This document shows, piece by piece, positions 18,864-26,642 of a stretch of 32,000 bases of DNA. Each line of letters starts with the position of its first letter. Positions within the stretch are counted from its first letter, which is position 1. The position numbers were made by a program, and so were the translations under genes. Source of the stretch: Geotalea daltonii FRC-32 (GTDB lineage Bacteria > Desulfobacterota > Desulfuromonadia > Geobacterales > Geobacteraceae); the NCBI RefSeq assembly GCF_000022265.1, contig NC_011979.1, forward strand, positions 1,050,001-1,082,000, given 5' to 3'. Under the pieces are notes generated by a model that saw nothing but the letters and a program-made list of their open reading frames with translations, made no database searches and was not told the origin of the DNA.

Positions 18864-19226
18864 ATGCGGTGGGATGTGTATAACGAGCGCTGTCCGACCC
18901 GAATGGTCCTGGACCGCATAGCCGACAAGTGGACGGTACTCATTATTGGCTCGCTGGAAAAAGGGACGAGAAGATTCGGCGATCTTCGCCGGGAAGTGGG
19001 GGGGATTTCACAGAAGATGCTGACCCAGACATTGCGGGGGCTTGAACGGGACGGTCTGGTGACCCGTGTCATCTATGCCACTGTCCCCCCCAAAGTCGAA
19101 TATTCATTGACCGATCTCGGGCGGACCCTGGTAAGTGTCTTTGAGGGAATACGGCACTGGTCTGAAAGCAATATCGAGGAAGTTCTCAAGGCGCGGGAAT
19201 TCTACGACAGCCGTGGAGATGCGTGA
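18864..19226 (+). CDS. HxlR-family winged-helix transcriptional regulator
   Basis: CPTRMVLDRIADKWTVLIIGSLEKGTRRFGDLRREVGGISQKMLTQTLRGLERDGLVTR...PPKVEYSLT is the HxlR signature. ATG at 18864 is preceded by AAGGAG. Confidence 0.9.
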   Translation: MRWDVYNERCPTRMVLDRIADKWTVLIIGSLEKGTRRFGDLRREVGGISQKMLTQTLRGLERDGLVTRVIYATVPPKVEYSLTDLGRTLVSVFEGIRHWSESNIEEVLKAREFYDSRGDA

Positions 19227-19271
19227 CGTCAAGGCTTGCAATTGTGGGGAGGGCTAAGGGGTCTGCCCTTG

Positions 19272-20434
19272 GTGCGCCGGTGAAACCGGCGAGAGATAGT
19301 GAGTGAAAGTCTCATACGATGAAGGAGTAGCGAACCGCATCGGCCCCGAGTCATGCGCAGTCGTCCGTGAGGACGGCTGCGAAGCGTTGACAGGGGGGAT
19401 GTGGGCCAGGTATTGAGCCGCGAAAAGACCCTCATCCGGGGTGCCGACGCCATCGAGGGCAGCGGAAGGCAAAACGGGATGTCTCGTAAGCGCGAGAAGC
19501 ATTCCGACCCCGCGTGGTCTTAGACCCTGCGCACGCATGCAAGTCTCCCGCACGGGAACCGGGATATCCTGCGATTGGCCATTACGGATGGCATAATGGT
19601 CCGTGCCGTGAATTCTATGAAGCACGACGGCGATGCACGGTCGCGGGAAGTCGGACAGTTCCATAGTACCGAAGAAGCCCTCGAACAAAGGTTATGGTGC
19701 GCCACGGCCAGCGGAGGGGGTGGAGGGAAGGGGACTGGCCGAAGGGAATGCGTTGTTGCAAAACAGGCACTGAACACAGCGTCAGAAAAGGAATCGGAAT
19801 GGACAGCCGTAATAGGGCACAAAACGGGAAACCGCAGCAACAGCCAACGGCAAGCTCCCATAGCCGCTCCATAGACCTGCAAAGCGCGCGGCAACGCATA
19901 CGGCAGAAAGCCTTGGCAGATAAAGGTTTACGGTTCACAACACTCTGGCATCACGTCTATCACATCGACCACCTCCGGGAATCTTACTACAACTTAAAGC
20001 GGCACGCCGCACCGGGAGTGGACGAACAGACGTGGCAGCAGTACGGGGAGGACCTGGAAGGAAACCTTCAAGACCTCTCCAACCGGCTGCGGCGCGGAGC
20101 GTACCGGGCGAAGCCGGTCAGAAGGACATATGTCCCCAAATTAGATGGCAGCCAGAGACCAATCGGCATTCCCGCACTGGAAGACAAGATCGTCCAGCGC
20201 GCCACCGTAGAAGTCCTGAACTGCATCTACGAGGCCGATTTCAAAGGCTTCTCGTATGCATTTCGACCCAAGCGCAGCCAGCATAATGCGCTGGATGCGC
20301 TTACGGTCGGCATCACCACGAAGAAGGTGAGCTGGGTGCTTGATGCAGACATACGTGGATTTTTCGACGCCATCGACCACGCATGGCTGATGAAGTTCAT
20401 CGAGCACAGAATCGCGGACCAGCGCGTTATCCGT
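19272..20434 (+). mobile_element. Group II intron, 5' fragment (domains I-III region plus the start of the domain IV ORF); 3' half missing
   Basis: GTGCG at 19272 matches the intron 5' consensus. About 530 nt of non-coding, structured-looking sequence precedes the RT ORF. No YADD, maturase or domain V/VI sequence follows. Confidence 0.8.
19799..20434 (+). pseudogene. Group II intron reverse transcriptase/maturase, truncated after RT block 4
   Basis: RPIGIPALEDKIVQRA, FSYAFRPKRSQHNALDAL and WVLDADIRGFFDAIDHAWLMKFIEHRIADQRVIR are RT blocks 2-4. Similarity stops at about 20434 and the frame runs into unrelated sequence. RT5-7 (YADD) and the X domain are absent. Confidence 0.85.
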
Positions 20435-20819
20435 CATAAGGACTCAACCTTATTTCATGGGTGTACAAGTCGCCATGATTTTTCCCGGCACAGCCCTCAC
20501 AATCACGCGGGCCGTTAAAGCTGTAACTGTTCACGCCGCCGTACATAAGATGGATTCGTCGGTCGTGAAATGGTCCGAGTAAAGAGAGGTGGATTTCGAG
20601 CGTTCTGGCTTCGTTTCGATTGCCTTTTCCACTCTCTTTTATGGTGCACGTTTCCAGCCACGCATCATGCAGAGACGTAGGTGACTGGAGATCAAAATAC
20701 TTTGCGTCGGATGCAAATGCATAGACGTGCGCAGGCAGTCTATCTTTGATTGTGAGAAGGTATTCTTGGTACCCATGGAAGTCGATGCTGTCTGAGTCCG
20801 ACTTAAGAATGTGTTCCAT
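20427..20819 (-). CDS. Cassette ORF, hypothetical (polymorphic-toxin immunity-protein-like pattern, tentative); 3' end probably altered at the intron junction
   Basis: 130 aa, with AGGAAA before the ATG at 20819. The ...LHDAWLETCTI... segment resembles Imm-type proteins (weak). The last codon and the TAA stop lie in RT-derived sequence. Confidence 0.55.
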   Translation of the reverse strand: MEHILKSDSDSIDFHGYQEYLLTIKDRLPAHVYAFASDAKYFDLQSPTSLHDAWLETCTIKESGKGNRNEARTLEIHLSLLGPFHDRRIHLMYGGVNSYSFNGPRDCEGCAGKNHGDLYTHEIRLSPYDG

Positions 20820-20832
20820 TTTCTTTTTCCTG

Positions 20833-20897
20833 TGCCAACGGTGTGGGGGCGCAGCGGCGGAGCGTTAGCGGAGACCGCTGCCGCCTACTGGTTGTGC
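20833..20897 (-). other. attC recombination site
   Basis: Minus strand: R'' GCACAAC ... R' GTTGGCA. Internal pairing cagcgg/ccgctg. 65 bp. Confidence 0.8.
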
Positions 20898-20898
20898 C

Positions 20899-21426
20899 TT
20901 AGTTGCATCCCTCGATATACTGGATGGACTCGAACTTCCCTGATCTGAAGCTTGTAACCTTTCCCTTCTCAGTCTCAAAAATGAATCCGTAGCCGGGCTT
21001 CAGCTTGATGATCAGATACTTTCCGTCCTCTTCGAGATAGGGATGTGCCTGCTCTTTTACTTTTCCTGGGAAGGCCTTTTTTACTGATGCTTCGGTGTCA
21101 CCGACTCGTAAACCGTGGATCGACGCAAATTTTCTTGATGTGATGTCTATTCTGCTAATTCTCTCTTCTTCAATCATGAACCCGATGTCACCATACTTCC
21201 CGTCGGGGTAGACGTAGTAGCACTCCTCGTTCCCTGAATCTGATGGTTCTGTCTCTTTCAGCTTTATTCCTGATTTTTCCGAGGCCTCTTTAACTGTCAT
21301 TCCGACAGCTATTGGGCCAAGACGATCAACCTGCAATTGTTGCTTTTCCAGTTTTTTCAGGTCAGTGGCAAAGGCAAGGCTGGTGGTAAGAAATAGGCTA
21401 GCGATGACAACGCCGGAGATTCTCAT
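20899..21426 (-). CDS. Cassette ORF, exported hypothetical protein
   Basis: MRISGVVIASLFLTTSLAFA signal peptide. ATG at 21426 is preceded by AAAAGGAAAG. The tracked start at 21447 lies inside the attC. Confidence 0.65.
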   Translation of the reverse strand: MRISGVVIASLFLTTSLAFATDLKKLEKQQLQVDRLGPIAVGMTVKEASEKSGIKLKETEPSDSGNEECYYVYPDGKYGDIGFMIEEERISRIDITSRKFASIHGLRVGDTEASVKKAFPGKVKEQAHPYLEEDGKYLIIKLKPGYGFIFETEKGKVTSFRSGKFESIQYIEGCN

Positions 21427-21443
21427 TTTCTTTCCTTTTAATT

Positions 21444-21506
21444 GCACAACGGCTGAGAGCGCACCAGCGGAGCGTAGCGGAGACTGTGTGTCGCGCTTTG
21501 TTGGGA
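21444..21506 (-). other. attC recombination site
   Basis: Minus strand: R'' TCCCAAC ... R' GTTGTGC. 63 bp. The centre is related to the attCs at 20833, 27750 and 29917. Confidence 0.8.
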
Positions 21507-21525
21507 GTTCGTGTCGTTTCGCTGT

Positions 21526-21873
21526 TTAGAACTTCCTTTTTATGAATTTCAGATAATATCCTAAGCAAATACAGAATAATGCAAACAGAACTAAATATAT
21601 TTGAATTAAATGAGGAATCTTTTTTACAACCAACATTAATATGCAAATCAGTAAGTAGCCTATTAGCTTTGAATACTTCTTACTGAACTCAGTCATTTCA
21701 TATAGATTGAACTTTATCGCAAGCCATGCCACTGGTAGAAAACAAAGCAAAGGAACGCTTACTACTTTAAGCGACCCACTTACTGAACCAGTCTCATGGA
21801 AAATGATAAATGGCATAAATGTGATGCCGAGTGCTATAAGGACTCCCAAAAACTTTTTTTCACTTAACTCCAT
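21526..21873 (-). CDS. Small polytopic membrane protein, paralog B (third gene of the large cassette)
   Basis: MELSEKKFLGVLIALGITF... has about 4 hydrophobic helices and is very AT-rich. It is paralogous to 21930-22292 (IKFNLYEMTEFSKKYSKL..VVKKIPHLIQIYL versus IKYKLFIMSEADKKYSQI..VTKKIPDTIKMYL). Confidence 0.7.
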   Translation of the reverse strand: MELSEKKFLGVLIALGITFMPFIIFHETGSVSGSLKVVSVPLLCFLPVAWLAIKFNLYEMTEFSKKYSKLIGYLLICILMLVVKKIPHLIQIYLVLFALFCICLGYYLKFIKRKF

Positions 21874-21929
21874 GCCACACCTCATAGGGGTTGGAGTTGT
21901 TGGTGCTGTTTGGTGTTTTTTTCAAACAG

Positions 21930-22292
21930 TTATAGTTTATTTTCATTTTTGACTCTATTTTTTGTTATTAAATATAGGAAAAGACAAATTGTTTCATATG
22001 AAATTACCAGCAAATACATTTTTATTGTATCAGGTATCTTCTTTGTCACTGACATCATAATGCACATGACTATGATAAAGATGATTTGAGAATATTTTTT
22101 ATCAGCCTCAGACATTATAAATAGTTTATATTTTATTACTATAAAAGCTAATGGCATAAATATTATAGTGGGAGCAATTATCATAGTTACTATGTCATAA
22201 ACTGACTTTATTTTGTACGGCACTACAATCATCATAGAAATAGTAAAAAATATTGTAATTAATTTAAGAAATCTGATGGCTTTTTCGTCCAT
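21930..22292 (-). CDS. Small polytopic membrane protein, paralog A (second gene of the large cassette)
   Basis: 120 aa with about 4 hydrophobic helices. Its ATG overlaps the stop of the 1032-aa ORF as TAATG (22290-22294). Confidence 0.7.
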   Translation of the reverse strand: MDEKAIRFLKLITIFFTISMMIVVPYKIKSVYDIVTMIIAPTIIFMPLAFIVIKYKLFIMSEADKKYSQIIFIIVMCIMMSVTKKIPDTIKMYLLVISYETICLFLYLITKNRVKNENKL

Positions 22293-25200
22293 TAGCCTAC
22301 CTCATACTTTCTTCTCAACCGAAGGTGACTTTCATTTATCCTTTGAATTAAAAACGCCTTAAGCATATTCATGCCTATAGCTATTCCAATTGATACCACA
22401 ATTGGCAGTGCTGGAAAGGCAAGAGCCAAAGCTACACCCAGCACCAGAAATGACGAAATTATTAAATAAGAGCTGAGCCATTTATAAGGGTCTACGTCTG
22501 GATTAGAGTTGATTTGATTTAGATCCTGAAACCATTGCACAACAGAAAATACAACTCCAAACATCTTTACTACATTTTGAAATACTTTAACAAATTCGGC
22601 ACTAATGCCATTTTTCAGTATGTCCAGTCTAAATCCAACCAATAGGCTAATGCCATCGACTAAACTCAATTTACTGTCGTCTACCGGCACGTTCGAGCCA
22701 TTTAGCCCGCCACCTATCATATACGCGCCTTCGCCGGTTGTCGGGTTCGTGATGATATATCCGCAGCCTGTCCACCCTTTAAAAGTGATGTCAGTTTTTG
22801 AAACAGTAACTACCTTCCCAGCATTTACGGCATTCTGAATATCTGTCTTTACCTGCGCGTCCACCTGAAGCTGCGGCAGGATGCTGGCAATGTTCGACTG
22901 GTTTACGGTGTAAATCGGTATACCCAAGTCATTGGCTATGTTCAGGGCTTTAACTGCCGAGACTCCTTCAACAGGTGCGGCAGGGGTGGAGAACAGTTGC
23001 TCCGGTACAGCGTGTTCCAAAGCCGAAGAGTTCATTCCCGTCGCCAAGAGGTACTGAACTTTTGCTGCCTCATCACCGTTAAGCGCCTTGTTCACGGAAA
23101 CATTCCTGTCAACGTCCATGACAAGCCCGCCGGAGCTTACACTGCGAGGTATTCCGAAAAACATATTCACCGCGACATCGGAAGAGAAGATGGCCTCCGA
23201 TGGATACCGCGCAGACGCCATACCCATCGTAGATGCCTGAACAAAATTCATTACATCGAGTTGAGCATAGTAGGTTAAAGCAGTGGAATAGAGAATATCG
23301 CCTATGATGTCATCTTTAGTGAGCCCGGATACTTCCTGGGCTTCGAGCTTTGCTTTAGTGTCCGCCATCTTTGCTTTTAGCCCGAGGAGTTGTGCCTGTG
23401 CTACCCTTCCAGTATCCAGGGCGATTGCGTTAAATGCCCCTGCAAATATCGGGTTCGAGACGATCTCAGATGAATAGGCGGGGCTGGAAAACGTCATATC
23501 AAAGGTTTCAATGGCACCGAGGGTAACTGGCGTGCCTGTCGCCACCACCTGCCCATCAATTCGAAGTTCTGGCTTTACTTTGATGAGATATGCGGGAAGA
23601 GATGAAGGAAGTTCGTTCGGCTGTATAGGTGTGCCGTCTGCATGTGGCTGTGGAAGATATGAGTTAATGACTGCTTCATCTTGGGGGGTGGCAGGTGAGT
23701 AGCTGAGGGTGATCTTCTTGCCAGCCAGTTCAGGCAGGGCCTTTGTTATGTTCAGGGATGTGTCTATAACGGTGGCATCCGGATCTATTAACGATAGATC
23801 GACAGAATCACTCCTGACGTTGAAAGACAGATTATGCCGATAATTATCAGGTAGTTCAGCAAACGCTACTCCCCGCATTGCGCCTCGGTACGGTAACGTG
23901 CCGAGCAAATAGGGGTATTCTTTCTTGTCTATCTCCTTCTTGCCAAGCACATCGCCAATCGCGGCATTGGGATGGTTTTGCTGGAGGTAGGTCTGCACCC
24001 TGGATTGATAATCCTGTAGTGTTTGCTGGGTGAGGAGGGAATTTAGGCCTGTTGCGTAGCCAGCGGTTTCGTTGATGGTGGCGGTAGATTTGATCTGGTT
24101 GACAAATGTCTGTGTGTCAAAGGGAACGGCGGTCTTTATGTCGATCCCATTGGTGTAAATGTACTGCTTATAGCTGGCGTCAAGGCTTATCCACGTGTCC
24201 CCTTTTCCGGTTTTGTGTTTCGCTCCGCGTGAAGGCCTGTAGTTAATCCAGGCGTCCACCCAGACGTGCTCCATTCTAACTGCTACTATTTTGCCGCTGG
24301 TAACCAGCCCTTTCGTCGGCATCCCGCCGCTGGACATGTAATCAAGGGCCGCCATAGGGTCGGTGAAACCACCTGCCCAGTTCATGACTTTCTCAATGGG
24401 AAGTTCTATGGTGCCTGTGACGTAGCGGGCATGGATGCCGGAAGCACGCAGGAGCGCAATGAGAAGAGACGCCGTGTCAATGGCGTTTCCCTGTTTGGTG
24501 AGAAGGGTTTGGTTGGCACCCTGAATGGAGCCCCAGGTGGGGACAAATTCGACGTTATTCCGCACCCACTCGTAAATCTTGACGGGCTTGTACTCAAGTT
24601 CCTGGGCCTTGGCTCTGATTTCCGGGGTTAGCTGGACTTCAATTGTTTCAGCAAGATCAGCAGGTCCGGCAGGTTCTTTTTTGAGTGGAGTAGTTGCGGT
24701 GACGGTGCTTGTCGTGAGTAACCCGGCCAAGGAGCCGGCCGAGGCGACCAAAATTCGCTTCTGGTCTCTCCAAGACGTCTGGTTTTTCTTTATGTCTTTC
24801 TCGAATTCTTCCTTGTTGAGTCTTGGCTCCCGCTTCTTAACTTTAGGTTGCCGGTGCGGGAGATTGTTGGGATCAAAGGGTTTATGTTTTTTCTCTACCT
24901 TGACCTTTTTCAGGTGTTTTACAGCCTTGTCAATCTCCGCTTCGGCTTCTGCTTTGTCTTTGGCCTTTTCGATCCGGTCGATGTTTCCCTTCAACTCGGT
25001 GAGATTGTCATCATAGTGTTTGACGAACTTGTAATGCCGCTGGAGGACTTCATCAGGTAGCTTCGCGTCTTTGAGCTTCTTTTCCGTCTCGGCGAACTGT
25101 TTGCGGATTTCCTTGTCTGCTGTTTCTATTTCAGTTTTAGCGGCCTTCAGCCGCTCTTTCTTGGTTTCAATATCCGCCTTGGTGTCAGCTAGGCTCGCTT

Positions 25201-25390
25201 GCAGCTCTTCCGTGGTTTTTGCAAACCGCTCCTCAGGACCAGCGGGTTTTTTCTTGTGCTGCTCCTTCGACTTTTCTTTCTTTATGGCGTCCTGCGCGGC
25301 ACTAGCAATGCTGAATACTCCGCAACCCGTCCATGTGAAGAAGCACAGTACGACTACCGCTATTACCTTTGAATATCTACGAAACATCAT
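22292..25390 (-). CDS. 1032-aa lipoprotein-like protein: coiled coil + transglutaminase-like core (Cys position = Ala) + large unassigned region + C-terminal hydrophobic helices
   Basis: GAGGAGGAG lies before the ATGATG at 25390. Lipobox-like FTWTGC. K/E-rich residues ~35-205. GNAIDTASLLIALLRASGIHARYVTG / MEHVWVDAW / WISLDAS match the transglutaminase core spacing. The C-terminus has LIISSFLVLGVALALAFPALPIVVSIGIAIGMNML. Confidence 0.85.
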   Translation of the reverse strand: MMFRRYSKVIAVVVLCFFTWTGCGVFSIASAAQDAIKKEKSKEQHKKKPAGPEERFAKTTEELQASLADTKADIETKKERLKAAKTEIETADKEIRKQFAETEKKLKDAKLPDEVLQRHYKFVKHYDDNLTELKGNIDRIEKAKDKAEAEAEIDKAVKHLKKVKVEKKHKPFDPNNLPHRQPKVKKREPRLNKEEFEKDIKKNQTSWRDQKRILVASAGSLAGLLTTSTVTATTPLKKEPAGPADLAETIEVQLTPEIRAKAQELEYKPVKIYEWVRNNVEFVPTWGSIQGANQTLLTKQGNAIDTASLLIALLRASGIHARYVTGTIELPIEKVMNWAGGFTDPMAALDYMSSGGMPTKGLVTSGKIVAVRMEHVWVDAWINYRPSRGAKHKTGKGDTWISLDASYKQYIYTNGIDIKTAVPFDTQTFVNQIKSTATINETAGYATGLNSLLTQQTLQDYQSRVQTYLQQNHPNAAIGDVLGKKEIDKKEYPYLLGTLPYRGAMRGVAFAELPDNYRHNLSFNVRSDSVDLSLIDPDATVIDTSLNITKALPELAGKKITLSYSPATPQDEAVINSYLPQPHADGTPIQPNELPSSLPAYLIKVKPELRIDGQVVATGTPVTLGAIETFDMTFSSPAYSSEIVSNPIFAGAFNAIALDTGRVAQAQLLGLKAKMADTKAKLEAQEVSGLTKDDIIGDILYSTALTYYAQLDVMNFVQASTMGMASARYPSEAIFSSDVAVNMFFGIPRSVSSGGLVMDVDRNVSVNKALNGDEAAKVQYLLATGMNSSALEHAVPEQLFSTPAAPVEGVSAVKALNIANDLGIPIYTVNQSNIASILPQLQVDAQVKTDIQNAVNAGKVVTVSKTDITFKGWTGCGYIITNPTTGEGAYMIGGGLNGSNVPVDDSKLSLVDGISLLVGFRLDILKNGISAEFVKVFQNVVKMFGVVFSVVQWFQDLNQINSNPDVDPYKWLSSYLIISSFLVLGVALALAFPALPIVVSIGIAIGMNMLKAFLIQRINESHLRLRRKYEVG

Positions 25391-25441
25391 CTCCTCCTCG
25401 CCGTTGAAATCATTTCATTATTTATGGTTCTCTTTCAATTC

Positions 25442-25497
25442 TCTCAACGGGCCGGGAGATCACCGGCCATCAGGCCGGTGTATCTTCCTGGTTATCT
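25442..25497 (-). other. attC recombination site
   Basis: Minus strand: R'' AGATAAC ... R' GTTGAGA. Internal pairing ccggcc/ggccgg. 56 bp. The upstream ORF ends inside it. Confidence 0.75.
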
Positions 25498-25862
25498 GCT
25501 CGTTTTGAAACATCTATTTCGTCGCTCTGATGGATATCAACAATGAAAGAACCAATGATAACAAAGACCGCCATGGTCATTACAAAATACACATGATGAA
25601 TCAAGCTTCTAAAGGTGAGTCCGTAGATCATGTAGGTAATCAGCCATCCAGCAGCAATAAACAGTCTTATTATTCTATTTGATTCATATTTTCTTCGTAT
25701 TAAATACAAGCCGACATCAAGGCTAAGAGCAATTGACCAAGTCGCAAGGATTATTTGCATTGACCTTGCTCGTTCCGCGCTATCCCACACTATAAGCAGG
25801 CACAACACATATGAGAGCCCGATCGCCGTTAGGAATTTTCTTTTTTCCGATTTGCTTGTCAT
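25470..25862 (-). CDS. Cassette ORF, 4-TM membrane protein
   Basis: 130 aa with four hydrophobic segments. GAAGGAAATC lies before the ATG at 25862, directly after R' GTTATCT. Confidence 0.65.
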   Translation of the reverse strand: MTSKSEKRKFLTAIGLSYVLCLLIVWDSAERARSMQIILATWSIALSLDVGLYLIRRKYESNRIIRLFIAAGWLITYMIYGLTFRSLIHHVYFVMTMAVFVIIGSFIVDIHQSDEIDVSKRADNQEDTPA

Positions 25863-25872
25863 GATTTCCTTC

Positions 25873-25940
25873 AGATAACGGTAGTGAGGCGCTGCGGCGC
25901 GGAGTCTTTTCCCGCGACCGTCAGCCGCCGATGGTTATGC
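25873..25940 (-). other. attC recombination site
   Basis: Minus strand: R'' GCATAAC (contains the TAA stop of 25935-26300) ... R' GTTATCT. 68 bp. Confidence 0.8.
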
Positions 25941-26300
25941 GCGTTTGTCGGCAAGCATACGGTAGCAATCTTCTCGTATTGATGCTGTCCTATCCAAGAA
26001 ATACTCAAGATTCGATTTGTCCAGGCAAAGCACTCGATTCTCGCTTATGCAATCAAGACTTATGAGGATTTCTGAAATTGCTTTCAGTCTCTCGTGTATG
26101 TCCTCCGACTCCTTGGGCCAGAATACCCCCAAAACCTTTTCCTTCTCGAAGTACCGAGTTCCCAGCTCCAAATTCTCGCTTTTATAGAAAGTAATTGTAT
26201 TCACTCCGTTGTTCCATTTTGGAGGGAAAAGAACAAGGATCGGCTCAAATTCCTTCCGAGTTAACGTATGCCTACAGCCGTTTTGGATTACCAGTTTCAT
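25935..26300 (-). CDS. Cassette ORF, hypothetical soluble protein
   Basis: 121-aa ORF with its stop embedded in the attC R''. No recognisable motif. Weak RBS. Confidence 0.55.
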   Translation of the reverse strand: MKLVIQNGCRHTLTRKEFEPILVLFPPKWNNGVNTITFYKSENLELGTRYFEKEKVLGVFWPKESEDIHERLKAISEILISLDCISENRVLCLDKSNLEYFLDRTASIREDCYRMLADKRA

Positions 26301-26401
26301 AATCTGCTCACATCACCTAGGCCAGGAACTCCTGGTCTATCAATCTTTGAAGAGTCGATTCGCGATGCCGAAATATCCAATACCCGCTAAGCTTAAAGAA
26401 A

Positions 26402-26575
26402 TTATGCATATCGCTTGTTATTTGTGATTCCAAAAGTAAGGCCAATTGCGATAACTCCAACGAATCCAAAGAGCAATGCTACTCCAACCTTATTGGCTTC
26501 TTTTTTGGATATTGTGGTCCCGCTGAAGCCGACCTTGTAATCGTGTTTATCTTTATTCTTCATTTTTTCTCGCAT
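26402..26575 (-). CDS. Small ORF with one C-terminal TM helix (start 26575 or 26563)
   Basis: MREKMKNKDKHDYKVGFSG...VGVALLFGFVGVIAIGLTFGI. The tracked N-terminal extension (to 26638) runs through the attC-like palindrome. Confidence 0.4.
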   Translation of the reverse strand: MREKMKNKDKHDYKVGFSGTTISKKEANKVGVALLFGFVGVIAIGLTFGITNNKRYA

Positions 26576-26633
26576 AATGGCGCGGCAGTTGACCGGGCGG
26601 TGTTTTTCGGCCCGGTCAACTGTCTTGTTGGAG
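26572..26633 (-). other. attC-like site with a degenerate core
   Basis: Minus strand: R'' CTCCAAC ... R' ATTATGC (A in place of the core G). The stem cagttgaccgggc/gcccggtcaactg is a perfect 13 bp with no bulge. Confidence 0.5.
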
Positions 26634-26642
26634 TTCACCTAT

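Noticed and set aside
19232-19246. The 15-mer aggcttgcaattgtg just upstream of the intron 5' end also occurs in each 140-bp duplicated unit (17417 and 17557).
   Set aside because: One exact 15-mer match between two places in 32 kb (both strands) is about what chance predicts. The flanks diverge immediately, so it is not evidence for a shared mobile element.
19229-19938. Minus-strand ORFs of 74-144 aa (19229-19453, 19254-19688, 19520-19894, 19615-19938).
   Set aside because: They lie antisense to the group II intron ribozyme/RT region, have no RBS and show no recognisable motifs. They are shadow ORFs in GC-rich sequence.
26209-26427. A 72-aa + strand ORF spanning the gap between two cassette ORFs.
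   Set aside because: It has the opposite orientation to the whole array, overlaps the start of 25935-26300 and has no RBS.
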